Of a stretch of DNA of 48,818 nucleotides, positions 1-7,808 are shown one piece after another; positions within the stretch are counted from its first letter, which is position 1, and each line of letters begins with the position of its first letter. Source of the stretch: Syntrophobacterales bacterium GWC2_56_13 (GTDB taxonomy: Bacteria; Desulfobacterota; Syntrophia; Syntrophales; UBA5619); NCBI GenBank assembly GCA_001830835.1, contig MICJ01000009.1, positions 1 through 48,818 on the forward strand. The letters run 5' to 3'. The position numbers were made by a program, and so were the translations under genes. The notes beneath the pieces are model-generated. The model made no database searches. It saw only the letters and a program-made list of their open reading frames with translations, and had not been told where the DNA came from.

Positions 1-717
1 TATCCCAACGGAGAGCAGGAGCGTAAGGAGTTTGATGAGCCAGCAGTCATGATTCCCGATCTGTTGGAGAAATGGCTCCGAGACAAGCTTCCCAATGTTC
101 TTGACCGGAGCAAGATGCGGCGTGAAGAACAGCCGGCCTTGCCCTTCGAGATGCTTCGCGAAGCTGTGGTTAACGCGCTCATTCATCGCGATTACGACAT
201 TGAAGGGGGCAAGTGCCAGGTCGTGGTGACCGAAGACATGGTCACGGTGAGAAGTCCCGGCGAACCTCCTCCTCCGATCACCCTTGAGCAGCTACAGTCC
301 TTTACCGCACCGATGTTGAGCCGGAATCCTGGATTGCATTTTGTCTTCGCGCGAATGGGAATGGCGGAAGAGCAGGGCCTGGGCATCGGGTCGCTGCGGG
401 ACCGGGCAAAGGAACTCGGGTTGCCATTGCCGAGGTATTCATGGGACGCGCCTTATCTTGTTTTAAAGCTGTATCGCTCGGCAGAAAGCGCGACGCGTGA
501 ACTGACCGTTGACATTCTCGATAAGCTGAATGCGGACGAGAGGAAAGGTTGGGAATTCTTGTCTACAAAGACGACCTTTACTCGAGCGGAATACGAATCC
601 CATATGGAGGCTGATAAACGCAAGGCACAGCGTCAGTTGAAACGATTTGCGGAACTGGGATTAGTACGGTCTGTCGGCTCTGGACGGACCGCCAGATATG
701 AGGTAGTTCGTTCATGA
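1..717 (+). CDS. 5'-truncated ATP-binding transcriptional regulator (RecG C-terminal-like/HATPase_c_4 domain plus C-terminal winged helix; usually AlbA_2-fused)
   Basis: Frame is open from base 1. Motifs LREAVVNALIHRDY, SRNP..F.RMGMAEEQGLG and a C-terminal wHTH-like LKRFAELGLVRSVGSGRTARY are present. Confidence 0.8.
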   Translation, partial: YPNGEQERKEFDEPAVMIPDLLEKWLRDKLPNVLDRSKMRREEQPALPFEMLREAVVNALIHRDYDIEGGKCQVVVTEDMVTVRSPGEPPPPITLEQLQSFTAPMLSRNPGLHFVFARMGMAEEQGLGIGSLRDRAKELGLPLPRYSWDAPYLVLKLYRSAESATRELTVDILDKLNADERKGWEFLSTKTTFTRAEYESHMEADKRKAQRQLKRFAELGLVRSVGSGRTARYEVVRS

Positions 718-777
718 CGGCAAAAATGGCTTGCTTGTGCTGTTGCTATGAAGTGTTGGCTGGAACGAAAAGCTTGG

Positions 778-1060
778 AATCGCGACATCTCTCGCGTCGA
801 GATGTCGCGATTAAGCGCTATGGTTGGATTATTAAGGTGAATCGCGACACTTTTCGCGACAAAGTGTCGCGATTTTGGTCGCTTTTTTGTTCAGGAATAA
901 GAATCGCGCCAAAAAACGCGCTATTATGGCAGGATGACACATCATTACCATCGGGAAAAGGGCTATTGCGCCAAGGGTCTTGCTGAGATGTCCGGGCGCC
1001 ACCGTTTTGGCGCACCAGACAGGGATGCCCGGACTGGAATCCGGACATTGTGTCCGGATA
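778..1060. repeat. Array of five 35-bp palindromic units at a 62-bp period with 27-bp unique spacers
   Basis: Units start at 778, 840, 902, 964 and 1026. Units 1 and 2 are perfect 14-bp inverted repeats with 7-nt loops; units 3-5 are degenerate but in register. Confidence 0.8.
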
Positions 1061-1079
1061 GAGATAAGGCCGACCAAAC

Positions 1080-1742
1080 ATGAAGACCATCAAGGACATG
1101 CCGGAACACAGCCGCCCGCGCGAAAAGCTGCGGGAGAAGGGTGCTTCCGCCCTGACCGACGTGGAACTGGTGACTGCGATTCTCGGTATGGGCACGGCGG
1201 GAGTTGATGTGCGCACGATCGCCCGGCAGGTTGTTTCGCTCATCCGCGAATACAAGGCCGGATTGACGCTCGATCATTTGCAGACCGTCCCCGGCATGGG
1301 TCTTGCCAAGGCGGGACAAATCATTTCGGCCTTTGAACTTGCCCGGCGTCACCTGCTGAAAGACACAGTCAAAATCACGGTGGCGCAGGATGTCTTGCCG
1401 CTGGTGGCCGACATTGCCGGAAAGCAGCAGGAGTACTTCATCTGCATTTCCCTCAACGGCGCGAACGAGGTTATAGAAAAACGCGTAGTCACGATCGGCC
1501 TGCTCGACCAGAGCCCGATTCACCCGCGCGAGGTGTTCGCCGACGTCATCGCCGACCGCGCAGCTGCTGTTATCTTTGTGCACAACCACCCCTCCGGCGA
1601 CCTTCAGCCGAGCGAAGCCGATCATCGCATACATGAGCAATTAACCGAAGCCGCTAAGATTCTCGGAATTCGCGTTTTGGACAACCTGATCGTGACGCGG
1701 AGGGGCCATTACAGCTTTCGGGATGCGGGTTTGGTCCGGTGA
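1080..1742 (+). CDS. radC: RadC/UPF0758 JAB-domain protein
   Basis: RPREKLREKGASALTDVEL N-terminus, an HhH motif (VPGMGLAKA), HPREVF and HNHPSGD. Confidence 0.95.
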   Translation: MKTIKDMPEHSRPREKLREKGASALTDVELVTAILGMGTAGVDVRTIARQVVSLIREYKAGLTLDHLQTVPGMGLAKAGQIISAFELARRHLLKDTVKITVAQDVLPLVADIAGKQQEYFICISLNGANEVIEKRVVTIGLLDQSPIHPREVFADVIADRAAAVIFVHNHPSGDLQPSEADHRIHEQLTEAAKILGIRVLDNLIVTRRGHYSFRDAGLVR

Positions 1743-1896
1743 CGCCCTATACGCCGAGAATGAGGCAGCCCAATCGAGTGGACTCAGGGTTTTCTTCCTT
1801 GAGTTCCGCAATCTTCACTTGGAACAGATTAGCGAGGAAGAAAATATCCGTACCGGCATCGCCGGTGAGGGCATCGATCACCCGTAAAAAAAGTCC

Positions 1897-1924
1897 TTGA
1901 CAGATCCCGCCGATGTGCTACAAA
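1897..1924 (+). promoter_or_regulatory. Putative sigma70 promoter of nikR
   Basis: TTGACA (1897-1902), 16-bp spacer, and an extended -10 TGcTACAAA. Confidence 0.4.
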
Positions 1925-1953
1925 GCAGAGAAACGTAATACGGTGAGCTAAAG

Positions 1954-2370
1954 ATGTCGGAACTGGTTCGCTTCGGTGTTTCCCTGGAAAAAGCCCTCCT
2001 GGACAGGTTTGATGTCCTGATCCGGGAAAAACAGTACACCAACCGCTCGGAGGCCCTGCGGGACCTGATCCGCCGGGAGCTTGTCCAGAAAGAATGGCAG
2101 GGGGGGAGCGATGTGGCCGGCGCCATTACCCTCATCTACGACCACCACAAGCGGGATATCCTGAGAATGGTTACGGACACCCAGCACGAATTCCAGCAGG
2201 TGATCATTTCCACCCAGCACATCCACCTCGATCACCACAACTGCCTGGAGATCGTGGCCGCCCGGGGGAAAGCGGGAGAGGTCCGGAAACTGGCCGATGC
2301 GCTGAGGTCCATCAAAGGGGTCCGTCACGCGACCCTGAGCATGTCCAGTACGGGGCGGGAGATCGAGTAG
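1954..2370 (+). CDS. nikR: Nickel-responsive regulator NikR
   Basis: RHH domain RFGVSL...NRSEALRDLIR and the Ni-binding HIHLDHHNCLE motif. Confidence 0.97.
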   Translation: MSELVRFGVSLEKALLDRFDVLIREKQYTNRSEALRDLIRRELVQKEWQGGSDVAGAITLIYDHHKRDILRMVTDTQHEFQQVIISTQHIHLDHHNCLEIVAARGKAGEVRKLADALRSIKGVRHATLSMSSTGREIE

Positions 2371-2393
2371 CAGTATTATTTTTTTGTCCAGAC

Positions 2394-2420
2394 GTGTTAC
2401 GAATTAAGTATTCATAACAT
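2394..2420. promoter_or_regulatory. NikR operator
   Basis: GTGTTAC-N13-ATAACAT palindrome between nikR and nik(MN), resembling deltaproteobacterial NikR sites. Confidence 0.75.
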
Positions 2421-2527
2421 GGGTCCTGTTCCAGAATGGATCCCTGCCAGATAAACAGGTAACCACCCGTCGGGAAAACGGCAGATGACTTTTTATTTTC
2501 CCGGGTATTTGAGGAAGTGAGACGACC

Positions 2528-3571
2528 ATGCACATGGCAGATGCTTTACTCTCCCCCGCCGTGGGGACGACATTGTGGGCCGGAACGGTCGCGGTAGGCG
2601 GATATGCCTCGAAGAAACTGAAAGCACAGATCGATGATAGGATGATCCCCCTGATGGGAGTTCTCGGCGCCTTCATTTTCGCGGCGCAGATGATCAATTT
2701 CACGATCCCCGGGACGGGATCGAGCGGACATTTGGGCGGTGGGATGATCCTCGCCATCCTCCTCGGCCCCCATGCAGCCTTTCTCGTCATGGCCTCGGTC
2801 CTGACGGTCCAGGCGCTCTTCTTTGCCGACGGCGGACTGCTTGCCCTCGGCTGCAATATCTGGAACCTGGGTTTCTATCCCTGTTTTCTCGTCTATCCGC
2901 TCATCTACAAGCCATTGACCGGAGGCAGTAAAAATCCCGGGCGCATCCTCGTCGCATCCATAGCAAGCGCCGTCGTGGCCCTGCAGTTCGGCGCTTTTTC
3001 AGTGGTCATGGAGACGCTTCTCTCCGGAAAGAGTGAATTGCCCTTAGGCGCCTTCGTCCTTCTAATGCAACCGATTCACCTGGCCATCGGCATTATCGAG
3101 GGTTTTGTTACAGCCGGCATCATCAACTATGTGCGCGGCGCCAGGCCGGAGATCCTCGACAGTATTGCCGCATCCCGGCCCCTTGGCGCAGGGATTTCGC
3201 TGAAGAAGGTCATGATGACGTTCGCGGTATTGGCGGCCATAACCGGCGGGGCGCTCTCCTGGTTCGCTTCAACCCATCCCGACGGTCTGGAATGGTCCGT
3301 CGAGAAGATTTACGGCAGGGGCGAACTACCGGAACAGAAACACGGGATAGCTCCGGTTCTCAAGGACCTCCAGGAAAAAACGGCGTTCCTTCCCGATTAC
3401 AATTTCAAACCGGCGGGAAATGAGCCGAAAAAGAAGGAAGCTGTCCCTGTTTGGCCCGGGATCGAAGCGGGAACTTCCCTGGCCGGCATCACCGGCGCCG
3501 CCATCGTTCTCGGCATAATCGTGCTCATCGGCATGGGGATCAGATCTTTCCGGGGAAGAGGAAAGGGGTGA
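2528..3571 (+). CDS. nikMN: ECF nickel/cobalt transporter S component fused to PDGLE domain, Nik(MN)
   Basis: N-terminal MHMAD metal motif, GSSGHLGG and C-terminal HPDGLEW. Confidence 0.9.
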   Translation: MHMADALLSPAVGTTLWAGTVAVGGYASKKLKAQIDDRMIPLMGVLGAFIFAAQMINFTIPGTGSSGHLGGGMILAILLGPHAAFLVMASVLTVQALFFADGGLLALGCNIWNLGFYPCFLVYPLIYKPLTGGSKNPGRILVASIASAVVALQFGAFSVVMETLLSGKSELPLGAFVLLMQPIHLAIGIIEGFVTAGIINYVRGARPEILDSIAASRPLGAGISLKKVMMTFAVLAAITGGALSWFASTHPDGLEWSVEKIYGRGELPEQKHGIAPVLKDLQEKTAFLPDYNFKPAGNEPKKKEAVPVWPGIEAGTSLAGITGAAIVLGIIVLIGMGIRSFRGRGKG

Positions 3572-3575
3572 ACCG

Positions 3576-4385
3576 ATGACCTTTGACGAGAAATATTTCG
3601 ATATCGGCCGCCTGGATCGGCTCTCCTACCGGGATACCTGCGTGCACAATCTTGACCCGCGGGCCAAGGTGATCGCCACGATGCTGTTTCTCATCACCGT
3701 GATCTCCTTTCCCAAGTACGAGGTCGTTGCGCTGGCGCCGTTCTTTCTGTTTCCGGTGCTGCTCATGACCATCGGCGAAATCCCGGTCCGGTTCATTTTG
3801 AAGAAGGTGATCGTCGTTTCGCCGTTCGCGATTTTCATCGGCATCTTTAACCCGCTTTTGGATACGGGAACCGTTGCCGTCATCTCCGGGGTCCCCGTAT
3901 CGGGGGGGTGGCTCTCTTTTCTTTCGATTATCCTGAAGTTTACCCTCACGATCAGCGCGGCGCTCCTGCTCATCGCAACGACCTCATTTCCTGGCGTCTG
4001 CCATGCCTTGCGCAGACTAGGCTTCCCGCCGCTTTTCGTTTCGCAGCTCTTTTTCCTGTACCGCTATCTCTTTGTCCTCATGGAAGAGGCGATGCGAATG
4101 ATCCGCGCACGGGACATGCGGTCATTCGGGACGCCCGGCGCTGGCATCAAGGTGTTCGTGCGCCTCATCGGGATTCTTTTTCTCAGGACTGTGGATCGCG
4201 CGGAAAGGATCTACTATGCCATGCTGTCCCGGGGATTTCAGGGGGACATCCCGAGTCTCAAGCGATCCCGCATGGCGGCGGCCGATCTGGCATTCATGGC
4301 GGCAACGATCTCATTTCTCGGGGTTTTCCGTTTCTTCCGCATCACCGAAGGGATCGGTCGCGTTGTCCAGGGGTTATTTGCATGA
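3576..4385 (+). CDS. nikQ: ECF transporter T component NikQ/CbiQ
   Basis: HNLDPRAK, YRYLFVL, AERIYYAMLSRGF. Confidence 0.92.
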   Translation: MTFDEKYFDIGRLDRLSYRDTCVHNLDPRAKVIATMLFLITVISFPKYEVVALAPFFLFPVLLMTIGEIPVRFILKKVIVVSPFAIFIGIFNPLLDTGTVAVISGVPVSGGWLSFLSIILKFTLTISAALLLIATTSFPGVCHALRRLGFPPLFVSQLFFLYRYLFVLMEEAMRMIRARDMRSFGTPGAGIKVFVRLIGILFLRTVDRAERIYYAMLSRGFQGDIPSLKRSRMAAADLAFMAATISFLGVFRFFRITEGIGRVVQGLFA

Positions 4386-5116
4386 GTCATCACATCGTTG
4401 ACTTCAAAAACGTGTCCTTCCGCTACCCGGACGGGACGGAAGCGCTCAGAGGGATCAATTTCCGGATCACCCACGGCGAATCGGTCGGCGTCGTCGGGGC
4501 CAACGGGGCGGGAAAATCGACGCTGCTCCAGCACATGAACGGCTGCCTGATGCCGACGTCGGGAACGGTGACCATCGGTGATCTTACCCTTACCGGGAAA
4601 ACGAGGCGGGAGATCCGGAAAAAGGTCGGGATCGTTTTTCAAAACCCCGATGACCAGCTTTTCATGCCGACTGTATTTGACGATGTCGCATTCGGTCCCC
4701 TCAACCTCGGAATGGATGAAGAATCCGTGCGGGAACGGGTCCGCAAGGCCCTGAGCATGGTGCATAGCCTCGATCTTCGGGACAAACCGCCGCATCACCT
4801 CTCCAGCGGACAGAAGAGCGCCGTTGCCATCGCTTCGGTCATGGCTATGGAACCTGACATTCTCGCGATGGACGAGCCTGCCGCGAACCTCGACCCGAAA
4901 TCAAGGCGATCGCTGATCACGTTGCTCAAGAGCTTCAGGCATTCCAAGATCATCGCCTCTCACGATCTCGACCTGATCCTCGATGTCTGTCAACGCTGCA
5001 TCGTGATCAGGGACGGCACTGTGGTCGCGGACGGTCCCTCCGCAGAGATCCTCACGAACAGGACGTTGCTTGAAGAAAACAACTTGGAGCTTCCTTTGTC
5101 GTTCCAAAGGCGCTGA
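4382..5116 (+). CDS. nikO: ECF transporter ATPase NikO/CbiO
   Basis: Walker A GANGAGKST, FQNPDDQLF, LSSGQK and DEP. The ATG at 4382 overlaps the nikQ stop. Confidence 0.93.
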   Translation: MSHHIVDFKNVSFRYPDGTEALRGINFRITHGESVGVVGANGAGKSTLLQHMNGCLMPTSGTVTIGDLTLTGKTRREIRKKVGIVFQNPDDQLFMPTVFDDVAFGPLNLGMDEESVRERVRKALSMVHSLDLRDKPPHHLSSGQKSAVAIASVMAMEPDILAMDEPAANLDPKSRRSLITLLKSFRHSKIIASHDLDLILDVCQRCIVIRDGTVVADGPSAEILTNRTLLEENNLELPLSFQRR

Positions 5117-5291
5117 GCGCATGATCAGCCGTGAAGACCCCGGCATTAATGATATCGCTTAATTCAAATTGAAGCCCGGCATGCACCGGTTGATGATCTC
5201 ACGCGGGCGACGGAGAGGGAAGCGTCCCTTCAAGCGAAGCGATCCTCTCCCCGGCCCAAAGGTCCCGGATTTGCGCAAAAGGTGAAACGGG

Positions 5292-5334
5292 GGCAACAGG
5301 CGGTTCTTTTCCATGCCATGAACCGCCTGTTGCC
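5292..5334. terminator. Hairpin between convergent nikO and the amiS-like gene
   Basis: Perfect 15-bp stem GGCAACAGGCGGTTC/GAACCGCCTGTTGCC with a 13-nt loop; no clear U-tract. Confidence 0.5.
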
Positions 5335-5387
5335 GCCCGGATGGACCGAGCGTTTTCGTTACACGGAAAATCCCAATGGGCCCGAGT

Positions 5388-5864
5388 CTACCATTGTCCG
5401 ACTTTTCCCGCCTGGAAATACGCCAGAGCAGGATAAGAGCAGGTAATAAATCCCACAATGATGATCACCCAACCGGTTAAAGGTCCGACGGTGGCCAATT
5501 GGGCTCCGAATCGCAACCAGAAGAGAAAAAAGCACACCGACCAGATCAACCAGAGAGCCCCGAATTGAGGAACTTTCGGCAGTTTCTTTCCCAGGACTTG
5601 GAAATATCCGAGAGACAGGAGAAAAAGACAGGCGGACATGGGAAGACAATACCAGCCAAGCACGGTAAAATCGCCTTTAGTCCATATTTCCAGGGCAATC
5701 AAGAGATAGGCTACGGAAAAGGTAAAGCAGGTTGCGGCCACGGTGTTGGATACGGTCTCACCGAAGCCCTTGTACATGTCCGTCATGGTTATGTACATCG
5801 CCATGACGGTAATCAGGGTTCCGCCCACAATGTTCAACGCTGCAACCCCCGGAAAGCTGGACAA
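5388..5864 (-). pseudogene. AmiS/UreI-family channel, probably N-terminally truncated
   Basis: LGWYCL, WLIWSVCFFLFWL and terminal PALAYF..G.W patterns. The first TM helix seems missing; there is an in-frame stop just upstream and no RBS, and transposase sequence abuts the 5' end. Confidence 0.65.
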
Positions 5865-5865
5865 C

Positions 5866-6070
5866 AGATCGCCTGATAGGGATCATCCGCAAGAGAAGTC
5901 CAGTACGTATCCACTTCCACTTCCGGAACCAGCAGGTATTGGCCATCCTTCATCGTCCGCTCGGTCACCTCGAAAACGATCCGCAGGGGATCTGTAAAAC
6001 CATCCGGGATGCGATGCGTTGCCCCACGCCAAACGGTTTTCCCTTCCCGAGAGGTCTCTTTTTGACCTTT
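5866..6070 (-). mobile_element. IS1380-family transposase internal fragment
   Basis: Manual translation gives REGKTVWRG...RIVFEVTERTMKDGQYLLVPEVEVDTYWTSL, typical of IS1380-type DDE transposases. Confidence 0.7.
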
Positions 6071-6181
6071 CAGTAGTTATCAGTTCAGTTCATAGGTATT
6101 GGCCTCCGCGTGATTGTCTCCATTTCTTTTTTGCGGGGATTGTCAAGGGGTTTTTGGCGTCCACTCTAATGGACTTTTCCC

Positions 6182-6291
6182 GGTGATTTCACCGTTTCGG
6201 GTGGTGATTTCACCAAGTCATTATTACATCATGTTATTATGTGGTTAGATGAATTTGGGTGAATATTTTTTTTATGGGTGGTGATTTCACT
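6182..6291. repeat. Three GGTGATTTCAC(C/T) palindromic boxes
   Basis: Copies at 6182-6193, 6203-6214 and 6280-6291. GGGTGGTGATTTCAC is exact at 6199 and 6276. Confidence 0.6.
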
Positions 6292-6613
6292 GTTTTTGGG
6301 CTTTGGCTAAGATGTTCGTAACTCGGCGTAAAAAATTATTATCGGTTGTTTTTGCGAATAGATAGATGATATTTGGGATGAATTATAATAAATCGGCACG
6401 GATCGTGCTGCTAACAATACTTCTAAGGCAGAGCAGCGGAGCGCAAAAAACAAACGAAAGGAGGATAATGACAAAAGCGGAAGAAACCGAATCTGCAATA
6501 AAATGGCTTAAAATTATTACGTTTATTTTCTAGAAACTGTGTTATTCTTGTCCCAGATGTAATTATCAACGTTTTATTAAAAATTAAAATCTATTTAAGA
6601 GGAGGCAAACACA

Positions 6614-7174
6614 ATGAAAAATGCAAATCCAGCACCGATTGGTGTAGTAGCCTTTGGGACAGCGTGTTTTGTAGTCGGATCACTTTTTGCCGGTCTGTTT
6701 GGAGCTTTAAGTCCTGGAAATATGCTTATGTCGGGTATTCTTTCAATTGTTACTGGTATTATACTTTTAGCAGTTTGCTGTTTAATGATTTCAGGAAACT
6801 CTCTGGCTGATTCCCCTGTCTTTTCAATGTGGGGGGCAACCATATTTGGGTTCTTTTCGTTAGTGTGGCTATGTTTAGGAGCAGTATTAATTTTGTGGAA
6901 AGACGGTGTTACCGACCCCTTATCCTTCCTGCTGTTATTCGTTTGTTTCTTCTCAGTTGGATATGCCTATCACTCATATGTATTAAAACTCTGGTCATTT
7001 TGTATTCTGTTTCTTGCTGTTGTTGTCGCAACTCTTAGTGCCTTTGCCGGACTGTACGGCGGATGGGCTCCAGGCAATCAGATAGCCGGCTACATCTTTA
7101 TTTTCCTCTCAGCGCTGGCTCTGTATATCATGTTTAAGGAGCAACTTAGTGCTGTCTTACCGGCGAAAGAATAA
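6614..7174 (+). CDS. GPR1/FUN34/YaaH (SatP-like) carboxylate channel
   Basis: N-terminal ANPAPIG..AFG signature, six hydrophobic segments and RBS AGGAGG. Confidence 0.75.
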   Translation: MKNANPAPIGVVAFGTACFVVGSLFAGLFGALSPGNMLMSGILSIVTGIILLAVCCLMISGNSLADSPVFSMWGATIFGFFSLVWLCLGAVLILWKDGVTDPLSFLLLFVCFFSVGYAYHSYVLKLWSFCILFLAVVVATLSAFAGLYGGWAPGNQIAGYIFIFLSALALYIMFKEQLSAVLPAKE

Positions 7175-7198
7175 TTATAACGTATAAATACAAATACA

Positions 7199-7240
7199 AT
7201 AAAAATATTCCCGGTTCTTTAAAACCGGGAATATTTTTAT
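7199..7240. terminator. Bidirectional intrinsic terminator
   Basis: 18-bp perfect stem ATAAAAATATTCCCGGTT/AACCGGGAATATTTTTAT. Confidence 0.8.
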
Positions 7241-7254
7241 AAAATTCTACCGCA

Positions 7255-7275
7255 GAATACCCCGTCCTGTGGACG
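7255..7275 (+). repeat. Interrupted copy of the REP-like hairpin at 48624
   Basis: GAATACCCCGTCCTGTGGACG matches 48624-48644 at 20 of 21 bases. Confidence 0.65.
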
Positions 7276-7470
7276 CCGAAGTTTGACACCTCAATTCAAT
7301 AGTACGTATAATTATCAGTTAGATATAAATTTTATCCATCCGTTTTATACACTGCATTGTTCCCCCGAAGAGCAGGCGGAAGAGAAGGTGCGCCCAATTC
7401 CTTCAGGATCTCCTTCTGCTCCGTCGTCGCCTCTGTAGCCAGAAGAGTGAAGGGGGAAGAGAACGATGCC
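7276..7470 (-). mobile_element. IS1634-like right-end remnant
   Basis: The minus strand reads ATEATTEQKEILKELGAP, like a transposase C-terminus, and ends GTGTCAAACTTCGG. Confidence 0.45.
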
Positions 7471-7808
7471 CACATTTCTCTCTTCCAGAATAAGTGACTT
7501 CATACCCCAAAGTGTAACTTAAATATCTTTAAAAATTGTCTTGACAACCGGGTCCACCTTAAACGATTGTAAGCATATCGAGTCAATTTAATGTGCGACG
7601 TTACAGCCCCGAATGGCTGGTCAAATGTTCGTCGCCCTCTTTGATGATAAATTCTACAGGTCGCATTTTCACCTCCCAGATGTTGCTTCTGCGGCAAGTG
7701 AATACCATAAATGACCTGTATTATCAAGTATTTATATTAATTACAGCGGCTTTCGCGCCACTAATTCAAGTATATCTTATTAGCAATAAGACATGCAAGG
7801 AAAGGGTT

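Noticed and set aside
714..986. 90-aa ORF across the array
   Set aside because: No recognisable domain; it reads through the palindromes and is probably incidental.
778..1060. Canonical CRISPR array
   Set aside because: The repeats diverge too much from each other, are palindromic across their full length, and no cas gene is in the window. Kept as an unclassified array.
3908..4381. N-terminal extension of the nikO ORF
   Set aside because: Overlaps nikQ out of frame; ATPase homology starts at ATG 4382.
5934..6104. 11-bp direct repeat AGGTATTGGCC as a target-site duplication
   Set aside because: One copy lies inside the transposase reading frame, so the pair does not flank an element.
7593..7808. 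Longer N-terminus of the kinase
   Set aside because: AT-rich with no RBS; the PocR domain and an RBS fit ATG 7809.
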